Assembly (NCBI GenBank): GCA_050613775.1
Contig: JBODTK010000001.1
Coordinates: 806,001-870,000 of the forward strand
Direction of reading: 5' to 3'
From: Neocallimastix sp. 'constans'
Lineage: Eukaryota
DNA: 64,000 bases
Shown one piece after another: positions 1 through 23,819 of this stretch (positions are counted from its first letter, which is position 1; the number at the start of each line of letters is the position of its first letter). The notes under the pieces are model-generated. The model worked only from the letters and a program-made list of their open reading frames with translations, did not search any database and was not told the DNA's origin. The translations under genes and the position numbers were made by a program.

Positions 1-2776
1 TATAAATTATATATGATAAAATATTAAGTAGTGGTATAATGATTAATAATAAAGTGATTAATAAAATATATCGAAATTATATCGAAATTATGTAGTACGA
101 TTTATTACTATATATTATATAATATATTATATAATTTAAATATTTATATTCCTTCTTATATATTATTATTACCTCCTTTTTAGAAATGACTAATTTTTTT
201 TTTTTTGTTTTTTTTTTTGTTTTCTTTTTTCCAAAAATTAAAAAAAGTTGATATAAACTTTATTAATTAATAAACATTATTAATTAATCAACATTATAAT
301 ATATATTCCATTTTATATTTTAATATATATTATTTATTATAGTTCATCATATATTTTTGTATTTTATTATTTATTTTTATTTTTATTCTTTTTATTCATT
401 TATTTATTATTAAATAAACTTTATTTATTATATATTTTATTTTATTTTATTTACTATGAATTGTTCCATATATTATTTTATATTATAAATATTATTAAAT
501 GTAAAGAAAAAATTGGAATAGGATAGATATATATTGGACTTATAGTTTATTTAAAATAAATTATAATATAATAAATAATATAATACAATATATAAATGAT
601 TATTAAAAATGTTTATTATTATTATTATTATTAATGAAATACTGAATATATTATGTAATATATTGTATAATATATAAAATGTATATAAGTTGTAGTTTTC
701 TCTTAACACATTAAATTAAATTAAATAGATTCATTAAGAGTATAATAATACAAAAAAAAAAGAGAAATAAAATTTAATAAGAAATGAAATTTTTGAGATT
801 AATATAAATAGAACTAAAAAATTCTCTTTTTTTTTTTTTTTTTTTATCAATTTTAATTTCAAACATAATTCACAAAAAATAATTTCCTTTTTTTTTTTTT
901 TATTATCATTTTAAATTTTCATAAATAATAATATTTTCAATTTGAAACGTTGAAAATGTTATAAAAAAAAAAAAATTGTTTTATACTAAAAAAAAAATTA
1001 TTTAATTTTAAAGGACTTTTTTCTTTTTCAATTGTTTTTTTATTTTTTTTTTATTAATTCTTATGTATAATAACTTGATGTTATTATATGTATATTAAGA
1101 AGTGAAAAAAAAAAAAAAAATAATTGGAAAAAAGTTCTTAAACATTTTTTAAAAATGCTTTTTTTTTTTTTTAAAAAAAAAATTAATAATTATTTTAATT
1201 AATTATTAATGAAAGTATATTTACTTTCATATAAATATTTCTAAGAGGGCTCTTATAATCCTTTTTTTTTTATTATGAAAAGAAAAAAAATAATAATGAT
1301 ATAATATATTTTTACTTAATTTTTTAGTTGCTAGTTCAGCTAAAAAATTATTGTAAAGTATTATAATTATTATTTTTTATTAAAAAAGAAAGTATTTCAA
1401 TATTATTTTTATTATTATTAATGCTAATAGTAATAATAGAAATAATAGAAATATAATTTCCTTTTTTATTAAAAGAAAAGAAAAGAAGAAAGGTAATTTT
1501 TTTTAATACAAGAGTTATTTCTCTGGAAATATATATACTTAATATAACCATGAAAAATATATTTTAAAAATTTGTAATTTTTATAAATATATTATTTATG
1601 GAATTAAGTGATGTATATTGTAAAAAAAATTTTTATATATATAACAAAAAAAAAATAATGCGTATATTCACTACTTTTAATTTAATATCTACAAAAGTTG
1701 ATCTTTTGGTTTAATACTACTTTCTAATTAATGAAGAAGAAGAAGAAGAAGAAGAAAAAAAAAGGAATAATTAACTGGTTTTAAGGATTCTTTTTTTTTT
1801 TTATTTTTTTTAAAAAAATAATGAAATAAAAACACAAAGGTTGATCTTTTGGTTAGTTTTTATTGTATTTTTAATTAAAATATAATAAAACTATTTTTAT
1901 TTTTCTAATAATTTATTTTATTATTATTGAAATAGTAAAAAAAAAAAATTAATAAAGAAAAAAAAATTTTTTTAGGCTAGTACTAAAGCATTTTTTTCTT
2001 TATTAAAATAAAAACTTTTTGTGATTTTTTTATTTTTGAAAATTTTTTTTCGATTAATATATATAAAAAGAAATAACAATAAACAAAATATCTCAAATTT
2101 AAAGCAAAAAGGAAGAAGAGAGAATAAAAAAACTTTGAACTCCTGTTAATGTTACATTCAAGAAAAAGTAACAATGATATGCATCAAAAAAAAAAGAGAA
2201 AGAAAAAAAAAGGATATGCTAAATTCTTTTTATTTTCTTTTTTTTATTAATTTTAGTAAAAAAAAATATTTGAACCAAAAGAACAAAAGAAATATAAAAG
2301 AAGGATTTAAAAAAAATATCAATTATTAAATATGCTAAATTTTTTAATTAATATTTTAAACCTTCTTAATTTTTATAGAAGAAGAAAGAAGAAATAAACA
2401 GAAGAAATAAAATAAAAATTAATATAACGAAAATAGAATTTAAAAAAAAAAATTATTAATCAGAAAAAAAAAAGATGAACAAAAGATGAAAATATCAAAA
2501 AAAGAAAGAAAAAAAAAAAAAAACAAGTTTTATTATATTTTTATTATATTTTAAATAATATTTTATTAACAATTAAAAAATCATATCATCTTTTTTTTTC
2601 CTCAAATAACTTATTTTGAATTGATGAAATTCGCATCGACATGAAAGCTCTTATTTATATTAAATTTCAATTATAAGGAAAAAGAAAAAAAAAAGAAATT
2701 TGATATTTTTTTTATTTTTTTTTTTAAATTAAATTGAATAAATCAAAATAATATAAATTAACTATTACACATAAAA

Positions 2777-2926
2777 CCTAGGGTTAGTAGATGATCGACG
2801 CCAGAGGAAACTGGTTTATGGGAAATTCTTTACACCAAACCTTTATCTTTAACTGGTTTTAAAGAAAGGGAAGAATTTCTTTGTTTTTCCTTCGCGCAGA
2901 GTTTTGCGTTCATTATTAAGTTGGGG
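2777..2926 (+). ncRNA. candidate structured RNA / GC-rich island of unknown family
   Basis: GC-enriched island in AT-rich intergenic DNA. Closing helices by eye: CCTAG/TTGGG, TTAGTA/TATTAA, GACGC/GCGTT. Internal hairpins: CCAG-AGGAAA-CTGG, GAAATTCTT...AAGAATTTC, TCTTTAA-CTGGTT-TTAAAGA. G-U pairs favour the + strand. Confidence 0.3.
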
Positions 2927-3770
2927 AACACAAATAAAATTTACCTAAGAATTTTAAAAGCTTTTTTTTTTATTATTTTCTTTTTTAAAAGAAAATATTA
3001 TAACAAATTACAAATATATATATTAGATATATATATTTATTACTATGAATTATTCTTTTTAATTAAACTGGTTTTTAATACGGAAGAATAAGACAATAAA
3101 TAAATAAATAAAAAAAAAAAAAAAAAAAAAAAAAGGAAAAGGAAAAGGAAAAGAGAAATGAAAAAAAAGAAAAAAATTATATTATGATTTTATCATTCAA
3201 TTAAAAAAATATATATATAATGAAAAAATATATTTTAATTTTAATTATGTTTTAATTAATCTGTTATATATATATATATAAAAATTACAACAACTAAAAT
3301 CATAAAAATAAAAATATAAATAAATTTAATATACAATTGAAAAAAAATGATATAAAAAAATAAAGACATAAATAATTATTAAAAAAAAAAAAAAAAAACT
3401 ATCAATTTTAACAAAAATATATATATATATATATATATATAAATTAAATCGAACAACTCTACAAATTAAATTACCAATAATAGTAACAAAAACAATAAGT
3501 GATGCTATAATAAAAAATTATTATTTATAGCCTTTTATAAAAGTTTTTTTAATCATATTATTTTTTAATTTTTTTTTCTTTAAAATAAGAAAGAAAGAAA
3601 GAAAAAAAAAAACATTAATTTAAATATATTTTTATATCGAAGTTTAAAAAAATTTTTATTAGTTTTATAAAAACAAAACAAAAAAAGATTTTATATATAT
3701 ATATATATATATATTTATTTTATAATATATTTTTTTAAATATCATCTTATTAATAAGTAAAAAAAAAAAA

Positions 3771-3808
<38 letters not shown>

Positions 3809-4254
3809 ATATACATAATATATATATATTAATATTAATAATTAGTAATCAATAATCAATATTATAATTAATTTGTATAAAAAAAAAATGAGTAATATAT
3901 TTTATATTTTTTGTGATAACCGTTTGTATTTTTATCGTTTAAACTTCAAAAGTATTTTTTTTCATATAAAAATGAAAAAAAAAAAAAAAAAATAATAAAT
4001 AATGGTTTTATTAATTAATCTATAAAAATAAATAATTAATTAAAAAAAATTTTAGTAAATAATATATAATATAAATAAATAAATAAATAAATAAAAATAT
4101 ATATATAAAAAAAAAAATTATAAATAATAATCTTTAAGAAATGAGTTTTATTTTTTTGAGTAATTAATTAAAGTGTTTTAACAAAAGAAAAAAAAAATTT
4201 TTTTTTCTTCCTGTTTTTTTTATATTCATCACTAAATTTCATTTATTCATGAAA

Positions 4255-4296
<42 letters not shown>

Positions 4297-4345
4297 TAGT
4301 AACAAAGTTAATAATATAAAAATTATTATATAGAGTGTTCTTCTT

Positions 4346-6087
4346 AAAATTTCAAGGAAAATTCACATATTTAGCCTTTTTAGATCTTAAAAAAAAGCTT
4401 ATGATTCAGTTCCTATTCCTATTTTTAACATTCTTACTAAATTATATCATTATGGAGTACGTGGTCATAAACCTATTATACTTTCTTGCAACAAAGTTCT
4501 CTCCGATGGCTTTATAAGGCCTGCTAAAGTTTCTAAATGGTCTACACATATTTGTAAAACAAAAAATTCAGATATTTTATCACATAATTATTTTTCAATC
4601 TTAGCAAATGACCTCGATTCTCATTACAATTCGCTCACGGCTGATGAAATGGTAGAAAAAATTTATCAATACAGCAAATAATATCGGGAAGAATATTAAG
4701 GCTTTCATTCCAACAAATTTAAAGGGATCTGCTTTTCACTGTCCTTATTACATTAAAAAACTGTCTCATGAAAAACATATTGCATTTCGAAATATTAAGC
4801 CTTACTTTAACTGTGAAAATGTTGATAATTACCTTGAACAATTTAATAAATATGAAAAACTTTGCAAATTAATCAAGAAAACAAAGAGCAAATTTCGTTC
4901 TGCTAGATTTAAAGCTAATATAGTAAAAATTGGTAATTATTTTTTGAATAAAGATTTCAAAAATGGTTGGAGATGTTTAAAAAAAATGGCTAAACCATCG
5001 TATTCATCTACCTCCCTTACTTGCATAAAATCTAAATTTGGTCAAGATATTATCTCTCCTACTAAACAATTAGATAGATGGGCTGAGTATTATAAAGATC
5101 TAGCTTCTGATCCCTCAGGTCACAGCCTTAATCGTAACTTCTGGATTCATGCTTTAAGGAATATTAGTCCTTAGATCCTCTACTTGGAATATCAACGATC
5201 CTATTACGATTGACGATATTAAAAAAACTATTTCATCTATGAAAAACAACAAAACACCCGGCCCCGATGGTATCCCGATTGAATTCTACAAAGCTCTGTT
5301 TTGCAATGAAGAATTACTAGAAACACATCCTGCCGCTGGAAAGTGTCTTAAATTGATTTTTAATAAAATATGGAATGGGTCTTTTCCTAAAAAATGGAAA
5401 CTCAGCTTCTATTGTATCAATCCCTAAGAAAGGTGACCTATCAGTTTGTAGTAATTATTCGAGGTATTTCTCTCATTAATGTTGGACTGAAAATCATTTC
5501 AAAAATTATAACAGATAGAATATCTACTTACGCACTCTCACACAATTTCATTAGACCTGAACAATTTGGTTTTCGCAACCGTGAAGAATGCATTAGTTTA
5601 TTCATTTTCCGTTAGAGAAATTTGCCAAAGAAGAAAATTTCAAGGAAAATTCACATATTTAGCCTTTTTAGATCTTAAAAAAAAGCTTATGATTCAGTTC
5701 CTATTCCTATTTTTAACATTCTTACTATTATATATCGTTATGGAGTACGTGGTAAATGTTTTGATTTTTCTATGTAATTTATATACTTCATCTAAAGCTC
5801 GTGCTCGATTGGCTTCAATGTTATCAAATGAATTTCCTATTAAAAGAGGTGTTCGTCAAGGTTGTCCATTATCTCCGATCTTACTTTTTTTTTTTTTTTT
5901 TTTTTCTCCTTGGTAGGTATTCTATTCCTAAGACTTTATGGTGATACTTCTCTCCAAAATTCCATTCAGCGATGATTTCATCATTTCAATCTGTTATATC
6001 TAATTATGGAATCTAAAGTTAGTATGAAAGTTCTTTTTTTTTTTTTATTTATTTTTCAAATTTTCTAATGAACTCCAAGGTATCATT

Positions 6088-6129
<42 letters not shown>

Positions 6130-6228
6130 TATTATCCATGAAACATCCATTTTTTATTTTATAAAGATTTCATTAAATGAAAATTCTATTACTATTTTAG
6201 TACTTTTATTCTTTCTCTAGATTTGATA

Positions 6229-6267
<39 letters not shown>

Positions 6268-6956
6268 CCCCCCTCTCTATTGCTGGTTTCTGTGTGTGTC
6301 AATGATCAATGCAAACATAAAGTGCATCTATCAATGAATAAAATTCTAATGGCATGATTTAAAAAAAAAAAATCTAAATTAAAGATATTCCTACTTCCTA
6401 CTACTATGCTTTGCCTCTTATATTCTTGGAATAAAGTAAGGAATCTCGTACTCTCTCTCTATATATATATATGTAAAAATTAGTGAAAATTGCTTTCTTT
6501 TTTTTTTCTAGACAGAAGCAAAAAAAATAAAAAAAGAAATATCAGAAAAAAAAAATATCAGAAAAAAAAAAAAAAGGTTTAGGGATGAGATTGAAGTATA
6601 TTGGTCTGATAGGTGCAACAAAACAAGATATTAAAAGGGAAGTAATACCGATAAATTAAAGATCATTCGCTCTTGAACTTGAAACTCTATATCGCCACAT
6701 TCAATCTTTAGATGTTAAATATACTAATTTTAGTTTAGGATTTTAATGGGATTTTTTACGTTTTAAGAATAGGGATTTAAGTTTTAAGTACTAATATATC
6801 TCTATTTGGATGTGGCGGAATTAACCGAGAAATTTTGTCTCTGGTGTTATCTATGATGTAGTCAAGGTGATTAATCATTTATTTCACTGGAAAAGTTAAA
6901 ATATTTCTTTTTTTTTTTTTTTAATGATAGTTCTACATTATTGAATTTTCATTAAT

Positions 6957-7008
<52 letters not shown>

Positions 7009-7693
7009 TTTGTATTTAAGTAAAAGAAAGAAATTATTTATTTATTTTTTTTATCTATTTTTTTTTATTTAGTTTGTTTTTAAGTAAAATAAAGAAATTA
7101 TTTATTTATTTTTTTTTCTTTTATTTTAGATATTAAAAAAGAAAAAATAAAATAAAAAAAAAAATAAAAATAAATGAATATGTTTTTATGTTTTTCCCTT
7201 CCCTTCTTAATAGAAGCTTTAGTTTTTAGATGATTTATAATTTTTCGGTAATGGTGGGTAAAGACATTTAAAAGAACTTCTTTTTAAAAAGGAAGAATTC
7301 TAAATCTAATATTCCTTTTATAGAGTCAGCTTAGCATATTTCCTTAGATTTCCTTACCCATACTATATATATATATATATATATATTTTTTATTTTTTTA
7401 TTTTTTATTTTATTTTATTTTATTTTTTTTTGTAATTCTCTTGAGTTACTCTTTGATTGGTACAAGTAAATCCTTCTATTACCGACCATTATACGAATAT
7501 TCGAAATTCCTTCTCAACTTCAAATGGTAATCGTTGTATCTTCATAAAAAATGAACCAATGGAAAATATAGAAAATTGAATGGATTAATTTGAAAAGCAT
7601 TTAATTTAGAATAATTAAATGTCCAGTTAGTCCCCTCTTTATCCTAAAATGTATTTAATAAAGTTGACAAAATTAATTCCTAACTCTTAATAA

Positions 7694-7747
<54 letters not shown>

Positions 7748-7784
7748 TTTTTATTTAACCAACAAAAAGTAAATAAAAAGTTAA

Positions 7785-7830
<46 letters not shown>
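4346..7830 (+). mobile_element. degenerate, rearranged non-LTR retrotransposon (LINE) with frameshifted reverse transcriptase
   Basis: RT motifs across frames: KTPGPDGIPIEFYK (5239+), RGISLINVGLKI, EQFGFR, FLDLKK-AYD, GVRQGCPLSPIL (~5848-5883). End of an APE endonuclease (H-K-P-I-I-L, 4466). CxxC..H-like relic at ~6830-6890 and (TAAA)n tail at ~7690-7820. Extent beyond 5900 is less certain. Confidence 0.85.
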
Positions 7831-7832
<2 letters not shown>

Positions 7833-8025
7833 GAACAGAGACTTTTATTTAATCATGGTAGATAAGTTCATATAATAAAAAAAATATGGACAGTTTATTA
7901 TTTAATATCATTGTATTTATTTTGAAAAAAAAAAAAAAATTATAAAAATAATAGGGATGATCGAAATTTTATTAGCATAGAGATTAAAAAATTAAAAAGT
8001 TTACCAAAAAAAAAAAAAAAAAACA

Positions 8026-8446
<421 letters not shown>

Positions 8447-9123
8447 CTAATAATACAAATACTAATAGAAATAATAATAAAAGAATAAATTAATTATTTA
8501 ATCACTGTAGTAATTAATTTAAAAATGTTGATGAAATAATTTTGATGTTTTTAATAATATATTTATGTGTTAAATTTTTTTTCATATATTTTTTTTTATA
8601 AAAAAAGGAAGTGAAAAAAAAAAAAAAACAGTTTTTATAGTAAACTTTTATTCTTGATAAATATTATGATTAAATATTATTTAAATTTAATTAATAATTA
8701 TTTTTTTTTCCCTTAATCATTAAAATAATGATAATTAATTTGTAAGTAAATAAAATAAAATAAAAAAAAATATATAATTTTTTTGTATTTAATAATTATT
8801 GTTAATATTTAAAGTTTCTTATTATAAATTATAATAAAAATATTAATTTTAAATATGAATGGATAAATATTAAAACTTTAATTTTCTTACATATAAAAAA
8901 AAAAAAATAAAAAAAATAAAAATAAAAAAAAAAATAGGAAATATAAAATAAGTTTTTTTTTTTTTTTTTTTTTGATTCATATATATAAAAAAATTAATAA
9001 TAATAATAATTAATAATAATAATTAATAATAATAATTAATAATAATAATAATTAATAATAATAATTAATAATAATAATAATAATTAATAATAATAATTAA
9101 TAATAATAATAATAATTAATAAT

Positions 9124-9155
<32 letters not shown>

Positions 9156-9572
9156 AAAAGAAAAATTGGTTTTAAAAAAATAAAATAAAATTAAAATATA
9201 TAATATATATTTTATTTAATAGAAGGAAAATACTTTTTTTAATTGAATTTTATTTAATTTTCCATTGAATTAATTAAATAAAACCATTATAATTATTTTT
9301 TTTTTTTACATGACAAATAATTAAAAACAAACAAGAAACAAGAAATTTAGATCAACATTATATATATATATATGTGTGTATCTACGGATATAAAATAAAT
9401 AATTTAATAAATATATATATATATGTAAATATGTAAATATAGGTTAATATATAATGTTCGAAAATTTTATTAATATTAATTTTTTTTTTTTTCCGTTAAT
9501 TTTATTTTATTTGAATAAACTTCCATAAATATCTTAAATATATATAAATTTTTTTAATAATTTTTTAATAAA

Positions 9573-9615
<43 letters not shown>

Positions 9616-9832
9616 ATTAAAGTGGAAAAAAAATAAATAAATAAATATTAAATCATTTAGGGTTGATATAGATAAAAAGAATAGAAAAAGTTAAGTGAGA
9701 AAGAAAGAAAGAAAGAAAAAAAAAAGAATAAGAAAGGGGACTGAACTTATATACAATAGATAGATATAGAGATATTTTATTTTATTTTATTTTATTTTTT
9801 TTTTTTTTTATTTTTTTTTTTTTTAATTTACC

Positions 9833-19507
<9,675 letters not shown>

Positions 19508-19554
19508 AACAGCAACAGAATTTTTTCTTAAGTACAAGTATTTAAACAAAAATA

Positions 19555-19588
<34 letters not shown>

Positions 19589-20582
19589 ATATATAAAATA
19601 TAATATTCAAAATGTAAATACAAAATACATGATTTAAAATATTCAATCAGATACATATCAATACAACATAGATAACAATTATTTCAATTCAATTCAATTT
19701 TATTTTATTTTGTTTTGTTTTTATTCTTTTTATTATCAATTTTCAATTCAATCATGAATTATTTATTTAGCATATTTTATTAATATTTGTTACTACAATT
19801 TTGTTTGTATAATAATTTATTCATATATTTATATATTTATATATTTATATATTTTGTTTAAATATATTATTACACTTTTTCGAGATTTTTTTTTTTTTTT
19901 TTAACTTTCATTTCTGCACAAAAATTTAATATATAAATTATTTATTGATTGTTATTAATTAGATTTTATATAATAAAGTTTATACAATTTTTTTTTTAAA
20001 AAAAAAATAAAAAAAAAAAAAAAAAAAAAAAAACAATAAAAAAGATAAGGAAAAAGAAATTCTTTAATTTTATATTGTTAATTGATTAAACATATCATAT
20101 AATTTATGTATTTTGATATTTTGAAAGTATGGAAGTATTCCTATTTCTATTATTATTATTATAAACATTTTATATTATTATTACTTTTATTGGTATTATT
20201 ATTATGTATTATAATTTCGAAAATAATATTCATTTATATATACTATTTATAATTTAAAATAGCAAATATAGGAAAGGATTATTTTTAATTATACCATTCC
20301 GTATTAAAATAATGTTATTATTATATCAAAAAATTTTATTTAACAATATTCATCCACTTTGTAATTTTAATTTTTATCTTTTTTTTTTTTTTTTTTTAAA
20401 AAAATTAATCTTTTTTATGTAATATTAATTTATAAGAATGGAATTTTTTCCTAAAAAAAAATAGATTATATAAAATATTAATAAATATTTAATATAATTT
20501 TATTAATTTAAGTAATAATTATTTATTATTATTAAATAATTAATAAAATTATTTATTATTATTATTATTATTATTAGTAAAA

Positions 20583-20614
<32 letters not shown>

Positions 20615-21338
20615 TATTATTATTATTATTTATTATTATTAGTAAAATATTATTATTATTAATTATTATTTATATTTTTTGCTTCAAAATTTTTCTTAAT
20701 AAATATTAAGGCAATATATTTATATATTTTTTATAATTTAAAATAACAAATATAAGATAAGATTATTTTAAATCATAAAATTTCTTATTACTATAATTTT
20801 ATAATAACATATTTTATTATTAAATTATATTCATTCCCTTTATTTCCTTTTGTAATTTTTTTTCTCTTTTTCCTCAATTTTAATTTTTATTTTAGGAAAA
20901 TATTCCATTCATAATATTAATAATTCATAAAAAAGATTAAGTTATTTATGTTAATAAATATTTAATTAATCAAAATTTATATATTATATTAATAAATATT
21001 AACAAATTATTATTATATAAATAAATATATATAAATATTTATATTTAATATAAGAATAAATAATATATAAATTGAAATTATAGACGTTTAAATTTTTATA
21101 AATAATAATTTTTTTTTTTTAATTTATTATTAAAATTAATAATAAGGAAATAAAATAAAATAAAATATAATAAAATAAAATAAGTTGTTAAGCGATTCAA
21201 TTTTTTTTATAAAAAAAAATTAAAAAAAAAAAAGAAAATTTAAGTATAAAAATAAAAAATAAAATAAATTAAACAAATAAAATAAAATAAGAAAAATATA
21301 TTTATTTATATAAAAGTAATATCAAAAACAAAAATAAA

Positions 21339-22013
21339 ATGTCTTCTTTATTAAGCTCTGTTGGTAACACTTTAAAAACTAGTACCGTTAAACCAAGTCA
21401 TTTTTCTATTTTATTCAATAAATCTTACTCCACAAAAAGTAAAGTTATCATTCCAAACTATGTTAAAACTAAACTCAATCCAATAAAAATAGAAAAAAAT
21501 TTAAAGGTAGTTTTTATTAAAGAAAAAAATTAACTAAATTATTCGAAGGATGAAAAAAAAAAAAATTTTTTTTATATATAAAATTATAATTTTTTTTTTT
21601 CAATACATTAAATGGCTGAATGCTTTATAAATATTCTTTTTTTTTAAAAAAATATGATATAGAATTTAAACTCTATTAAGGAATATCACTCTTTTTCCTC
21701 TGTAAATGACTATTGGCTTCCAAGTGTTGTTGAAACCACAGTAATATATTTTTATTTATATTATTTTTTTTTTTTATATTAATTTAATATATATATATAT
21801 TAATTTTATTTTTTTATTTTTTTATTTTTTAATTATATTTTACAATATTTTATTTTTAAATGTAACAATAAAAATAAATAATATTTATTTAATTAAAAGC
21901 CAAGAGGTGAAAAAGTTTGGGATATATATTCACGTTTATTAAAAGAAAGAATTATTTTGTTATATGGAGAAGTAAGCTTTCAGCTCATACAAAATATAAT
22001 ATAATTTTATTTT

Positions 22014-22060
<47 letters not shown>

Positions 22061-22096
22061 AAATAAGAAAGATGTATGAAACATTTATGAAATTTC

Positions 22097-22140
<44 letters not shown>

Positions 22141-22934
22141 TTTATTTTATTTTTCGATATATTAAATTTCATTATATATCAACTTTCATAATTTATAATA
22201 TATATGAAAGGTTAATGATGTTGTTTCATCAAGTTTGGTTGCTCAGTTATTATTTTTAGAATCAGAAAACCCAAAGAAACCAATTCATATGTATATTAAC
22301 TCACCAGGAGGTAGTGTTACAGCTGGAATGGTAATATATTTCATACAAAATTTTATAATTATTATAATAATGTTAATATGAATAGTGATATTATTCCATT
22401 TTATTAATAGACATCAAAAACAATAACAATAAGTATATTAATTTTTTAAATTTTTTATATCAATATAATTAAATATTTTAATAGGCCATTTATGATACAG
22501 TAAGAATTGAATTTTAAATATATATATTAATGTATTATTAATTTTATTATATAAAATATTGATATTAATTAAATTTTATTAATTATACATATAAAAATAA
22601 TAATAAATGAAATCTTTAAAAATTCAATAATATTTATAATAAAAGATGCAAGTAAGTATGAATGAATAGATTTTATTTATCGAATAATGAATTTTTTTTT
22701 TTTTAAAAAAATAAATAAATATCAATAATTATAATAAAATATAATTTTTTAAAAAATTTTTTTTGTAATAGTATATATCTTCACCTGTCCACACTTTATG
22801 TATTGGCCAAGCTTGTTCTATGGGATCATTACTTTTAGCTGGAGGTGAACCGGGTAAACGTTGTAGTTTACCAAATGCTAGAGTAATGATACATCAACCA
22901 AGGTAAAAATATATTATCAAATAATTTTGATAAC

Positions 22935-22980
<46 letters not shown>

Positions 22981-23485
22981 ATTTTTATGATATTTGAAAC
23001 TATAAAAAATGATATATTTAATAATAAGAAATATAATAAATAAATAAAATTTTTAATAAATAAATAATAAATATATAAATATGATATTATTTATATGAAA
23101 AGTGGTGGCGCCCGAGGTCAAGCTACCGATATTGCTATTCATTGTGAAGAAATTTTAAAGATAAAGAAGAAGATTAATGAAATTTACGTTAAACATACTA
23201 AAAAGCCATTAGATGTTATAGGTAAATTGTATTAATTAATTTATATTAAATCTTTTTTTATTTTTTTCATTCTTCTTTTTTGAAATAATTTATTTTTATA
23301 AATATATTAAAAAGATTTTATAATTATATTTTTCATAATAATTTAAAATAATAGAAAAAGCATTAGAAAGAGATAACTTTATGTCTCCAGAAGAAGCTCT
23401 TGAATTTGGTATTATTGATACCATAAAAGAAAAACGTGAAATTTCAGAAGAAGAACAAAAGGAAACTGACAAAAAGAATGAATAA
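21339..23485 (+). CDS. clpP: ATP-dependent Clp protease proteolytic subunit, organellar precursor
   Basis: Exons 21339-21506, 21663-21740, 21900-21971, 22211-22330, 22485-22499, 22646-22651, 22772-22902, 23103-23221, 23355-23485. Motifs [40 protein letters not shown] (Ser), MIHQPSGG (His), ERDNFMS (Asp). Ser/Lys-rich, acid-poor N-terminal extension. Confidence 0.95.
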
Positions 23486-23819
23486 TTAATTTGAAAAAAA
23501 TAATAATTTTCTATTACTCTTTTGAGATTAATAAAAAAAAAAAAAAAAAGGAATTTGTAATAATATAAAATATAACAAAAAATATATTTCAATATTATTA
23601 TATTTATAAATTTAATAATCATTCATATACTTTCAAAATAAAATAAAATATTAATAAATAAAACTTGTAACTTTTAATTTAAAATAAAACTAAATAAATT
23701 ATTGTATAAAAATGAATGTTTAAAAAAAAAAATAAATAAATTGTATAATAAAATTTAGTACTAAATAAGAAAATAACGTTTTGGTATATTTATTATAAAT
23801 AAACAAATAAACAAAAGTA

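Noticed and set aside
1348..2174. Short minus-strand ORFs, and similar F/I/L/Y/K-rich ORFs elsewhere (12243, 16300, 25904, 27978, 57513, 57834)
   Set aside because: Translations of AT-rich low-complexity or intronic DNA, with no motifs.
2779..2787. CTAACCCTA on the minus strand, resembling a telomerase RNA template for TTAGGG (similar TAACCCTAAC at ~54844-54853)
   Set aside because: Only 9-10 nt, no pseudoknot found, and the surrounding fold favours the opposite strand.
2819..2950. RNase P or RNase MRP RNA assignment for the structured island
   Set aside because: CR-I-like GGGAAATTC is present, but I found no convincing CR-II, CR-III or CR-IV, and P4 pairing is weak and all A-U.
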